Assembly (NCBI GenBank): GCA_041739935.1
Contig: JBGSMX010000144.1
Location: 1-43,134 of the forward strand
DNA length: 43,134 nucleotides
From: Coriobacteriia bacterium
Lineage (GTDB): Bacteria; Actinomycetota; Coriobacteriia; Anaerosomatales; JAGXFU01
Direction of reading: 5' to 3'
Part shown: positions 1 to 8,559 of the stretch, piece by piece
Layout: each line of letters begins with the position of its first letter
Numbering within the stretch: the stretch's first letter is position 1
Program-made: the position numbers and the translations under genes
Notes under the pieces: generated by a model
Told to the model about the DNA's origin: nothing
Seen by the model: the letters and a program-made list of their open reading frames with translations, nothing else
The model's database searches: none

Positions 1-714
1 AGCATGAAGTGGTCCGCGACGCCAGGTGCCGCCATGAACCTGGCCTTCAGCGGCACCAGGATAGACCTGGTCACGCTGACGGGTCCCAACTACGGAATCG
101 CGAATGTCACCCTCGACGGCAACGCGCCTGTCGCTGTCGACCTGTACTCGCCTACCTACGAGTTCAAGAAGGTCGTCTGGTCCGCCTCCGGCCTGACCGA
201 CGGCGCCCATACGGTGCGCATCGAGTACACGGGCACGAAGAACGCCTCCTCGACGGGCACACAGATCGGCATCGACGCGGTCGACCTCGTCGGCGTACTG
301 ACCCCGGCGTCTGGCGCTCAGCGTTTCGAGGAGAGCGACTCGAGGTTCGCGCGCTCGGGCACGTGGACGATCGCATCCAGCGGCTCCTCCTCTGCCGGCC
401 AGTTCGTATACGCCGATACGACCGAGTCGCTCATGACCATCAAGTTCAGCGGCACCTCGTTCAGCTGGCTCGCCCTCTGCGGTCCTCAGTACGGCATCGC
501 ATCGATCTCCATCGACGAGGGCCCGGCGACCGATGTCGACCTGTACGCGGCAAGCTATCAGTACCAATACGCCGCAGCATCAGTGTCAGGACTGACGAAC
601 AGCCAGCACACAGCCGTCATCAGAGTCACTGGCCGCAAGAACGCTGCATCGAGTTCCACACGTGTGTCCTTCGACGCCTGCGAAATCGAGGGAATCCCCC
701 TCCAAGCGCCCTGA
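1..714 (+). CDS. C-terminal part of a probable large secreted/surface protein with tandem beta-sandwich (jelly-roll, CBM-like) modules; 5' truncated by the window
   Basis: Frame open from base 1. Two ~115-aa repeats share FSGT...GPxYGIAx(V/I)x(L/I)D...VDLY...SGLT..xHT..I..TGxKNAxS..T....DA. Ser/Thr/Gly-rich; followed by a hairpin terminator. Confidence 0.7.
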   Translation, partial: SMKWSATPGAAMNLAFSGTRIDLVTLTGPNYGIANVTLDGNAPVAVDLYSPTYEFKKVVWSASGLTDGAHTVRIEYTGTKNASSTGTQIGIDAVDLVGVLTPASGAQRFEESDSRFARSGTWTIASSGSSSAGQFVYADTTESLMTIKFSGTSFSWLALCGPQYGIASISIDEGPATDVDLYAASYQYQYAAASVSGLTNSQHTAVIRVTGRKNAASSSTRVSFDACEIEGIPLQAP

Positions 715-730
715 GACGGCCGTGATCGTG

Positions 731-775
731 CGAAATCAACGGGCCCCGAGAAGTAATGCTGGGGCCCTTTGTTTC
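731..775. terminator. Probable bidirectional intrinsic terminator between convergent genes
   Basis: GGGCCCC(741-747)...GGGGCCC(761-767) stem, followed by TTTGTTTC on + and preceded by GAAATCAAC (T-rich tail on -). Confidence 0.65.
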
Positions 776-1581
776 TACTGCTCCGGCCCACGAGTGGACG
801 CTGCGATGGCCTCTTCCAGCGGTATCGCGGAGGCGATGGCCTCATGCCCTTCCGCGCTGAAGTGGAGCATATCCGTGCCGTCGAGCGGGAAGTCGTTTAC
901 CTCATCCCGATTCTTATCGAGAACTCGACCCAGGTTAACAAAGGCGACTCCGCGGCGTCGACATTCAGAACGTATTGCATTGTTCAGCGCTCCTGCGGCG
1001 GCAACGAACTCCGGGCTGCCGTTGTACGGTGGGACACTGCACACTATAGGCACGGCGCCAACACCCGCGGCATCATCAAGAATCTCCCGCAAGTCGCCCA
1101 TAGACGCTGCGACAGTGCGGGCCTGCAAGATGTCGTTGGTCCCACAGAAGACGATCAGTACTCGCGCCCTGCTCATGAACGGGGTCGCTCTCTCGAGTGC
1201 GAGCACGTCCCTCAGCGTCGCGGATGCGACGCCGGCATTCACCAACGCGAGGTCATCGCCAACAAGCACACGATCGTCGCGCACACTGCGCGGGTCTTCA
1301 ACCGGCCACGGCTCGAGATCCTCGAAGCGAACATCCTCTGCTGCGTCTGCGCGTCTAAGCAGGATCGCCAGGTACTGTTCCTCGCGACCCACGCCCCATC
1401 CTGTCGGGAACGGCCCAGTCCCAGAGGGAGCCCAGGCCTGGGTGTTGCTGTCGCCATAGGCGACCGCAACCAGGCGCTCGCCTGCCAGTTCCTGAGTCAT
1501 ACGATCGGACGACGTGCAACCAGAACAGGTCAACAGGAGGCAGAGGACTGCGATCACCGGCAGACCGGTCGCACCGTTCAT
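775..1581 (-). CDS. SGNH/GDSL hydrolase family protein, probable lipoprotein
   Basis: Block I GDSNT, block II NAGVASA, block III GTND, block V DMLH(FSAEGH). Hydrophobic N-terminus ending LLLTCSGC (lipobox-like). Confidence 0.85.
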   Translation of the reverse strand: MNGATGLPVIAVLCLLLTCSGCTSSDRMTQELAGERLVAVAYGDSNTQAWAPSGTGPFPTGWGVGREEQYLAILLRRADAAEDVRFEDLEPWPVEDPRSVRDDRVLVGDDLALVNAGVASATLRDVLALERATPFMSRARVLIVFCGTNDILQARTVAASMGDLREILDDAAGVGAVPIVCSVPPYNGSPEFVAAAGALNNAIRSECRRRGVAFVNLGRVLDKNRDEVNDFPLDGTDMLHFSAEGHEAIASAIPLEEAIAASTRGPEQ

Positions 1582-2663
1582 CCCCCGGCTCCGTGTTTCA
1601 TGCGCCCCACTCCGAGCAGCGCGCCTCGCACATAAGGAACGCGTTTCAAAAATGACGTCAGAACCAGACTAGATGCAAGAGCGAATGAAGCCACGACCGA
1701 CCAGTGCAGGTCACGACCCACGAGGGGACCGATCAGTAGGCTGTGTGACGCATACACACCGATCGAATTGCGCCCTACCAGATCCAGTATGGCCACGCGA
1801 CTGCGCAGCCGAGAAGCCACAACCAGTAGCGCCATGATGATTCCAATCGCAGCCGAGTAGCGCCCGAGCACGAACACCATTCTCGCGAGAACCGGTGCCT
1901 CAATCGAGAGCCATTCAGATGAGCTACCGAGTATCGGAGGCCAGGTCAACGCGAAGCCCAGGGATACAAGCGTCACAGCACTGATGACCATCGTCCGAGA
2001 TCTCTTGCCGACAGCAGCCCACAGGTCTGTGCTGCCAGCAAGGGCGCCGACAGCGACGAATGGATACAGCCACAGAACATCACCCAGATATCGCAAGAAG
2101 GGCGCCGTCGGGAAGCACGCTAGGATGGGTGCCCCACAGGCAGAGACCGCCAGAAGCACCCTCCCCCAACGGGCCCCAAGTATTGCGCGGACCAGTACCA
2201 CACACACGAAGTAGACCGGGAGGAACCAGAGTGCGCCGGATGCGTGGGGATTGATGAGACCGTGCGCGACGCCATTTAGCCAGCCGGCCACGCTTTCGGG
2301 AGCGCTCACTGCAAGCGAGACAGCGAGCCACGCGACGTACGGCACGAGCAGACGCTCCGCCCGATGCATCGCGAACTTCACGAGTGGAGCGTCGGCCCGA
2401 GTGACCGTGCCGCCCACGAAGGCAAACAACGCAACATGGAACGCGTAGACGATGTTCAGAAGCGGAATCTGGTAAGCGCCCGGATCGACCCAGACTCCTA
2501 TCTGGCCCAGCCCGAGCGCTACAAGGTTCCAAGAGACGAACCCGGGCGAGGGCCGCACAGAGGCGGAGGCCGCAAGAATCGAATGGTTGATCACCACCGC
2601 CGACATCGCGATTCCTCGAAGGAAATCCAGTCGCCAGTCTCGAGCTCGATTCGCCCGCATCAC
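1578..2663 (-). CDS. Acyltransferase-3 family membrane O-acyltransferase
   Basis: RxxxLDFLRGIAMSAVVINH, YAFHVALFAFVGG, RAERLLVPY, LWFL and GRNSIGVYASH motifs; about 10 hydrophobic segments. Confidence 0.88.
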   Translation of the reverse strand: MMRANRARDWRLDFLRGIAMSAVVINHSILAASASVRPSPGFVSWNLVALGLGQIGVWVDPGAYQIPLLNIVYAFHVALFAFVGGTVTRADAPLVKFAMHRAERLLVPYVAWLAVSLAVSAPESVAGWLNGVAHGLINPHASGALWFLPVYFVCVVLVRAILGARWGRVLLAVSACGAPILACFPTAPFLRYLGDVLWLYPFVAVGALAGSTDLWAAVGKRSRTMVISAVTLVSLGFALTWPPILGSSSEWLSIEAPVLARMVFVLGRYSAAIGIIMALLVVASRLRSRVAILDLVGRNSIGVYASHSLLIGPLVGRDLHWSVVASFALASSLVLTSFLKRVPYVRGALLGVGRMKHGAGG

Positions 2664-4180
2664 TCACGCGCCCTCTTGCCGCCAGCAGTGTCGCGATTCT
2701 CGATAGCGCGATGGCGACGCACGATCCCCTTCACGAGTGAAGCGAGGTCGCGCACCGCGCGGGTACGCCAGCCGAGCAGAAGCGCAACACAGGATCCTGC
2801 AAGCACAGACGACAACGCCGTCACCAGGTCGGGAGCCCAGGCCAGCCACCGCGAAACGCCAAGCGAGACAAGCGCGGACCCAGCGCTCAGAAGCAACGGT
2901 GCAACGAGCAGCCGCAATGCACTCAACCCTGGAACTCCAGCAAGATGCGACGCATGGATGAGCTGCGCGAGGCTCACGGCCGCTGTGGACACCGCAACCG
3001 CCACAGCTACGCCGATGAGCCCCCATTGGAGCCCAACGATTGCGGCCGACCCTATCCCGAGCAGCCCAAACAGGCTCCACAGCGCGACCGCGCTGCCACG
3101 ACCGAGTGCCTTGAACACATTCTCAGCATGAACAGCAACGGAGCGTCCCGCCGCCGCAAGACACAGTGCCTGGAATGGCAGCACCGCGTCATTCCACTGT
3201 CCTCCATACAGCCCGATGATCAGGCTCCTCCCGGCAACGGCAGCTGCCGCGGTCAGCGGCAAGACAACGACTGAACTGACCGCCACAGAGCGCTCCAGAC
3301 CTGAGCGGAGACGTGAGCGGTCGTCCTGGACTCTCGCAAACGCGGGAAACACGGAGGCCGCGAGCACGGCGGAAATCCTCCGTGCGGGATACGTGATGAG
3401 GTTGTACGCCAGCCCGTACGGGCCGAGGGCAGCCGGACCGAGCATGTACCCGACTACCGCGTTGTCAACGGTGCCCGCACCGTACTGCATCAAGTCCGAG
3501 GCCATCAGCCGCGATCCCAAATGCACAAACCCTCTGACTTCGGACCATTCGAAGTGGAAACGCGGTCGGTACCGCACTCGCGACTGCACGATGACTGCGG
3601 AGGTCGTCGAAGCGACCAGAGAGTTGACAACGAGGCTCCACACGCCGAAGCCCGCATTCGCGCACCAGAGTGCGGCAAGCCCTCCGACCACTACTGCCCC
3701 AATATTCGCCAGCGCAGGCACCCGAAAATCGAAGGCCCTCCGGACGAGGGCGTTCTGCACCTGCACAAGCGACACCACCACGAACCCGACACCTAGCGCC
3801 GCAATCAGGGGGCCGGCAGTCGGCTCTCCGAAAGCGAACGCAACGACTGACGAGATCGAAGCGGTTGTGATCGCGAAGAGCAACCCGACGCCCAGGTTAA
3901 ACCAGAACAACGAGTTGAGTTCGTCGTCATCAAGAAACGGGCGCTGGATAATCGATGCCTGGAGACCCAGCTCGTTGCCAATGGTCATCAAGCCGACAAA
4001 GATGGTCGCTATGCCGAGTAGGCCGAAGTCAGAAGGGTCAAGAATCCGTGCAAGCAGCGCCGTGAACGCGATTCTGATGGGCTCTGCGACGAGTAGCCCG
4101 CCTACAGACCAGACCGCGCCACCGGCGGCCAGAGCAGAGAGGCCGGTGGACGACGCCTGACCCTCAAGCTGCTCAGACAT
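2660..4180 (-). CDS. wzx: Polysaccharide flippase (Wzx/WzxC, MOP superfamily)
   Basis: LARILDPSDFGL, ELGLQASIIQR, GFGVWSLV, DNAVVGYMLG...LGPY, FPAFARVQDD, LYGGQW; 12-14 TM pattern. Confidence 0.9.
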   Translation of the reverse strand: MSEQLEGQASSTGLSALAAGGAVWSVGGLLVAEPIRIAFTALLARILDPSDFGLLGIATIFVGLMTIGNELGLQASIIQRPFLDDDELNSLFWFNLGVGLLFAITTASISSVVAFAFGEPTAGPLIAALGVGFVVVSLVQVQNALVRRAFDFRVPALANIGAVVVGGLAALWCANAGFGVWSLVVNSLVASTTSAVIVQSRVRYRPRFHFEWSEVRGFVHLGSRLMASDLMQYGAGTVDNAVVGYMLGPAALGPYGLAYNLITYPARRISAVLAASVFPAFARVQDDRSRLRSGLERSVAVSSVVVLPLTAAAAVAGRSLIIGLYGGQWNDAVLPFQALCLAAAGRSVAVHAENVFKALGRGSAVALWSLFGLLGIGSAAIVGLQWGLIGVAVAVAVSTAAVSLAQLIHASHLAGVPGLSALRLLVAPLLLSAGSALVSLGVSRWLAWAPDLVTALSSVLAGSCVALLLGWRTRAVRDLASLVKGIVRRHRAIENRDTAGGKRARE

Positions 4181-6071
4181 TCCCGCCCGTCTCGCCAGAG
4201 TACTCGGGAAGGACGCGCTTCAGCTCTTGCCTGATCGAGTCCCCATCCGAATCAGCAAGCGCGAGGCGCACCAACGGCTCCACGTCACGGAAGCCCGGAC
4301 CTTGCCGGGGCAGTGCGCTCAAGCGCAGAACTCGCTCGCTTTCGGTCGGGATAAGCTGCTCTTCGGCGGAGACGAGTACCTCGTGCATCTTCTCAGCCGG
4401 CCGCAGCCCGCTAAACTCAACGTCCGCGCCGCCTCCCGCCATCTGAATCATGGTTTGCGCAATGTCGAGTATTCGGACGGGTTCGCCCATCTCCAGCACA
4501 AAGACGTCCACCCCACGCGTCAGTGTCCCGGCCTCCAGCACCAGCTGGACCGCCTCGGAAATCGACATGAAGTATCGCGTCACATCGGGATGAGTGATCC
4601 GAATGCTGTCTCCGCGGCGCATCGCCTGCTCGAAGAGCGGCACCACGCTCCCCCGACTTCCTAATACGTTGCCGAAGCGCACGATCGTGGTAGACATGCC
4701 ACGGGACGCAGCTTCGATGCTCAGTCTCTCCGCGAGGCGCTTCGTTGCTCCCATGACGGTACTGGGCGTCACCGCCTTGTCAGTCGAGATCAGCGTCAAG
4801 TCCTCTACGCCGGATTCCTCGCACGCCTGGATTACGTTCATGGTACCTAGCACGTTCGCTTTGATCGCCTCGGCCGGCTCGTACTCCATGAGCGGGACGT
4901 GCTTGTACGCAGCGGCATGGATAACGATCTCCGGGCGCTCGCGCCGAAACACACTGAGCAGCTTCTGCTTGCTTCGGATGTCTGTCAGCGACATCCATGC
5001 TGCGGTACCACAGATCTCGCGTACCTCGAGAAACGTCTCGTACAGGCGGCTCTCGTCCATCTCGACCATCGTGAGCCGGGTCGGCTCCAAGGCTGCTATC
5101 TGGCGGCACAACTCCGAGCCGATCGACCCCGCAGCACCCGTGACGAGAACCCGCGACCCGTGGATCCGCCTCTTGACCGCCTCGGTGTCCACCTCCACGG
5201 GATCGCGCTCCACGAGGTCCTCAAGCCGTACGTCCTGGAGGTCCCAGATGCCGACGCTGGAGCGGCCGCTCGCGAGGAAAGGCACGAGCTTGACCGGAAG
5301 ACCGGTGCGACCACAGGCCGCCAGGACCCGCCGAAGTGCCGACGGAGTTGCTCCCGGCATAGCCACGAAGAGCGCATCGACGTCGTTCTCAAGTACAAGC
5401 CGAGCAAGATCCTCGACATTCCCGAGAACACGGCTCCGACCCAGCGAGAGCCGCATCTTTGCTGGATCGTCGTCCACTAGCCCAACGATCTTCAGCCCAA
5501 GCTCTCTGTTCGACTCGATGTCCCTAATGAGCAGCGAGCCCGCACTGCCGGCTCCGACGACGAGCACCCGCCTCGGATCACCGATTGGCTGCGCCGACTG
5601 GACGTAGGCGATGAGCCGTCCGAACACCCTTACGCCGAGGAAACCTGTGAAGGCCATTACCCCGAAGATCAGTAGCGTCCCGAGAGGAATCGGCCGGCCG
5701 AGCGGCGGCGCCGTGAGAAGCAGATCCATGACGAGCATGACGAGCACGCCGGTTGCGGTCACCCATCCGAGGCGCACGAGTGCCGGAACGCCGACGTAGC
5801 GCCAGATGTAGCCGTACAGCCCGAATACCAGAAACAACAGCGGAAACAACAGGCTCGCAGACAACGCCGTCGGAGCGATGATTCTGATGAAATCGATCGG
5901 AATCGCGCCCTCGAAACGAGCGAAGAAGGCCAGAACGGTCGACGCGAGAATGATGATCACGTCCGCGAATGCGAAGGTCGCCACCTGAGCAGCCCGGGAT
6001 ACCCGCCACCGCTGCGCGATCCGAGTCGGTATGTTCTTGTTGCGGGCCTGCTCAGCGGTCATCGTCAGCAT
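4173..6071 (-). CDS. Membrane-bound nucleoside-diphosphate sugar 4,6-dehydratase (CapD/PglF/WbpM family)
   Basis: Four N-terminal TMs, VGAGSAG, VTGAAGSIGSELCRQ, HAAAYKHVP, ISTDKAV, MGATK, VRFGNVLGSRGSVVP, GLRPAEKMHE. Confidence 0.95.
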   Translation of the reverse strand: MLTMTAEQARNKNIPTRIAQRWRVSRAAQVATFAFADVIIILASTVLAFFARFEGAIPIDFIRIIAPTALSASLLFPLLFLVFGLYGYIWRYVGVPALVRLGWVTATGVLVMLVMDLLLTAPPLGRPIPLGTLLIFGVMAFTGFLGVRVFGRLIAYVQSAQPIGDPRRVLVVGAGSAGSLLIRDIESNRELGLKIVGLVDDDPAKMRLSLGRSRVLGNVEDLARLVLENDVDALFVAMPGATPSALRRVLAACGRTGLPVKLVPFLASGRSSVGIWDLQDVRLEDLVERDPVEVDTEAVKRRIHGSRVLVTGAAGSIGSELCRQIAALEPTRLTMVEMDESRLYETFLEVREICGTAAWMSLTDIRSKQKLLSVFRRERPEIVIHAAAYKHVPLMEYEPAEAIKANVLGTMNVIQACEESGVEDLTLISTDKAVTPSTVMGATKRLAERLSIEAASRGMSTTIVRFGNVLGSRGSVVPLFEQAMRRGDSIRITHPDVTRYFMSISEAVQLVLEAGTLTRGVDVFVLEMGEPVRILDIAQTMIQMAGGGADVEFSGLRPAEKMHEVLVSAEEQLIPTESERVLRLSALPRQGPGFRDVEPLVRLALADSDGDSIRQELKRVLPEYSGETGGNV

Positions 6072-6669
6072 CCTCGCCTCCGAGCCGGTCGAGAACCAAC
6101 GCCCGGACGGTATTTAGTATCACGGCAACATCGTACAGGAGACTCCGACGCTCCAGATACTCAAGGTAACCCTCGATCTTCTGAGGCAAGACCGTCTCAA
6201 CGTAGTAGCGTTCCGGGTCATCCATGCGCGCGAGCAGCGCCGACTCATCCCTGAAGCGGATCGCCGTCGGATCGGTGATTCCCGGCCGCACCGACCAGAC
6301 CAGCTTCTGTTCCGGGTAGCGGAAGGCGTACTCGGGCACCTCAGGGCGCGGCCCCACGAGAGACATGTCCCCCTTCAGCACGTTGATTAGCTGTGGCAAC
6401 TCGTCGATCTTCGAGGCGCGCAAGAACATCCCCACCCGAGTGACCCTGCTATCCCCTCGTACCGTCAGGGCGATGCCACCGTTTCGAAGCGACATCGTCC
6501 TGAACTTGAGTATCTCGAAGAACCGACCGCCTCTGCCCACCCTGACCTGACGAAACAACGCAGGACCGGGCGAATCCAGGCGTATCCACGCGGCAACCAG
6601 CAGCATCGGTACGCCGAAGAGGGCGAAACCAATTACGGACAGAATGATGTCCATCGCTCGCCGGATCAG
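6052..6669 (-). CDS. Initiating phosphoglycosyl (sugar) transferase, PglC/WbaP C-terminal family; start is either CTG at 6669 or ATG at 6654
   Basis: D-I...DSPGPALFRQVRVG, KFRTM, DSRVTRVGMFLRASKIDELPQLINVLKGDMSLVGPRPE, RPGIT. Confidence 0.93.
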   Translation of the reverse strand: MIRRAMDIILSVIGFALFGVPMLLVAAWIRLDSPGPALFRQVRVGRGGRFFEILKFRTMSLRNGGIALTVRGDSRVTRVGMFLRASKIDELPQLINVLKGDMSLVGPRPEVPEYAFRYPEQKLVWSVRPGITDPTAIRFRDESALLARMDDPERYYVETVLPQKIEGYLEYLERRSLLYDVAVILNTVRALVLDRLGGEDADDDR

Positions 6670-7925
6670 CGTGTGTTCTCCTCACAGATAGACTCGACGG
6701 CACCGCAGACCCGGTCGACCTGAGCGTCGGTCATATCGGGATAGAGCGGCAGCGTCACACAGTTCGCAAAGACCGCTTCGGCCACCGGGTAGTCCCCCGT
6801 CTCGAAGCCATACCTAGCTCGGTAGAACGGATGCGTGTGTACCGGGATGAAGTGGACGCTCGCTCCGATCCCCTTATCCTTCAGTCGATCGATGAACCCT
6901 CCACGGTCGATGGTGAGCCGATCCGGGTCCAGTTGGATGACGAAGAGATGCCACGCCCTGCCGTCGTGCTCGTCGAACGCAGGTGCGGTGACCGCCTCGA
7001 CGGAGCCAAGGCGACGGATGTACGCCTCCGCGATAGCAGCGCGTCTCACCGCCATGTCCTCGATGCGGCCGAGCTGACACATCCCGAGTGCGGCTGCGAT
7101 GTCAGTCATGTTGTACTTGTAGCCTTGCTCGAGAACATCGTAGTACCACGACCCTTTGGAGTCGTACCGAGTCCAGGCATCCTTGCTGATGCCGTGCAGG
7201 GCGAGGCGCCTCATATGCTCCGCGAGCACGCGATCGTCCGTGGTGACCATCCCGCCCTCGCCGGTACTGAGGTTCTTGGTCGCGTAGAAGGAGAACGCCG
7301 TCGCGTCGCCGATGGCCCCCACCTTCTGGCCCTCCGACCGCGTCTCGACCGCGTGCGCCGCATCCTCAACGACCGCGATATCGTGCGCTCGGGCGGATTT
7401 CATCAGCGAGCCCATAGCGGCAGCACGACCGGCGAAGTGCACCGGCACCAATGCCCTGGGCGTCGGCGCTGTCTCCAGCGCTAGGTACCGACCGCACCCT
7501 CGCGGAAGGTCACCAACACCGACAGCTTCGGAAAGTGCAGCCCGCCAGTCCTGGGTGGAGAGGGCTGAGATTAGCGTGTCTGCCTGCCGTGGATCGATGC
7601 AGAGAGTCTCCGCGTCTATATCGACAAGCAGCGGATGGGACCCCAGATACAGCGCGACCTCGGTGGTCGCGACGAAGGTGTACGTTGAGGTCACGACCCC
7701 GTCTCCGGCGCCGACGCCCACGGCCGCCAGTGCCACGTGCAGGCCGGCCGTGCACGAGTTCAGCGCCACAGCGTGTTCCGCCCCCACATATCCGGCGAAG
7801 GCCTCCTCGAATTCAGCGACACGCTTCCCAGTCGTCCACCAGCCCGACCGCAGAACCTCGTTCACCGCGGCGATCTCGCACTCCGTCAAGCTAGGACGGG
7901 AGAACGGAATGAACTCGTCACTCAC
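6666..7925 (-). CDS. DegT/DnrJ/EryC1/StrS family PLP-dependent sugar aminotransferase
   Basis: SGWWTTG, NSCTAGLH, PVHFAG, EDAAHA, FSFYATKNLSTGEGG (PLP Lys), GYKYNMTDIAAALG, TLPLYP. Likely GTG start at 7925 behind a GAGGTGG RBS. Confidence 0.95.
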   Translation of the reverse strand: MSDEFIPFSRPSLTECEIAAVNEVLRSGWWTTGKRVAEFEEAFAGYVGAEHAVALNSCTAGLHVALAAVGVGAGDGVVTSTYTFVATTEVALYLGSHPLLVDIDAETLCIDPRQADTLISALSTQDWRAALSEAVGVGDLPRGCGRYLALETAPTPRALVPVHFAGRAAAMGSLMKSARAHDIAVVEDAAHAVETRSEGQKVGAIGDATAFSFYATKNLSTGEGGMVTTDDRVLAEHMRRLALHGISKDAWTRYDSKGSWYYDVLEQGYKYNMTDIAAALGMCQLGRIEDMAVRRAAIAEAYIRRLGSVEAVTAPAFDEHDGRAWHLFVIQLDPDRLTIDRGGFIDRLKDKGIGASVHFIPVHTHPFYRARYGFETGDYPVAEAVFANCVTLPLYPDMTDAQVDRVCGAVESICEENTR

Positions 7926-8559
7926 TCGCTTCCACCTCATTCACGCCATCGATGGGCTTGCTGAGCTCCAGCATACGGCGTCCCTCACGGGTCTCGTACT
8001 TCCGTGACGTCTTGAACCCGAGAGCGCCGTAGAAGGCGATCGCTTGGTCATTGCCGTCCGCGTCAGTCTCGAGGCCGACAGACAAGGCTCGCCTTTCCCT
8101 CGCCTCGTGCACGAATGCGTTCAACAACAACTTGCCGATGCCGGTTCGCTGCAGGTCGGGGCTGACGGCAATCGAGAACACCCCCGCCGTCCCCGCCGGT
8201 CGCCCGGACTCCCTGGGCTTGCTCAAAGCCCGCATCAGCCGAAGCGCAGTCGAAGGACGCCGAAGCATTGCAGGCAACGCGTCGAAGGCGAATCCGAGCG
8301 CGTGCCGCTTCAGCAGTCGGGAGTAGAAGCCACCAGGATCGATGCTCCCAACGATCACACCCTGCACGACATCGGCGCTGACCACAACAAAGGCGATTGA
8401 GGAGGCGTCATCGAGGGCCGACCGGTAGTAACGCCTGAGAAACCGCGGCCCGAGGCTCGATAGAAAGTAGCTCGGAAACGAGCTCACGTGGACAACTACG
8501 ACGCCGACAACGTCCTCGGGTGTCATCGCGCGCACCTGCGGAGTCAGCTCGGGTATCAT
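7918..8559 (-). CDS. GNAT family N-acetyltransferase
   Basis: Motif A SIAVSPDLQRTGIGKLLL, motif B NDQAIAFYGALGF. ATG at 8559 overlaps the upstream TGA (ATGA) with a GGAGG RBS. Confidence 0.88.
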   Translation of the reverse strand: MIPELTPQVRAMTPEDVVGVVVVHVSSFPSYFLSSLGPRFLRRYYRSALDDASSIAFVVVSADVVQGVIVGSIDPGGFYSRLLKRHALGFAFDALPAMLRRPSTALRLMRALSKPRESGRPAGTAGVFSIAVSPDLQRTGIGKLLLNAFVHEARERRALSVGLETDADGNDQAIAFYGALGFKTSRKYETREGRRMLELSKPIDGVNEVEASE

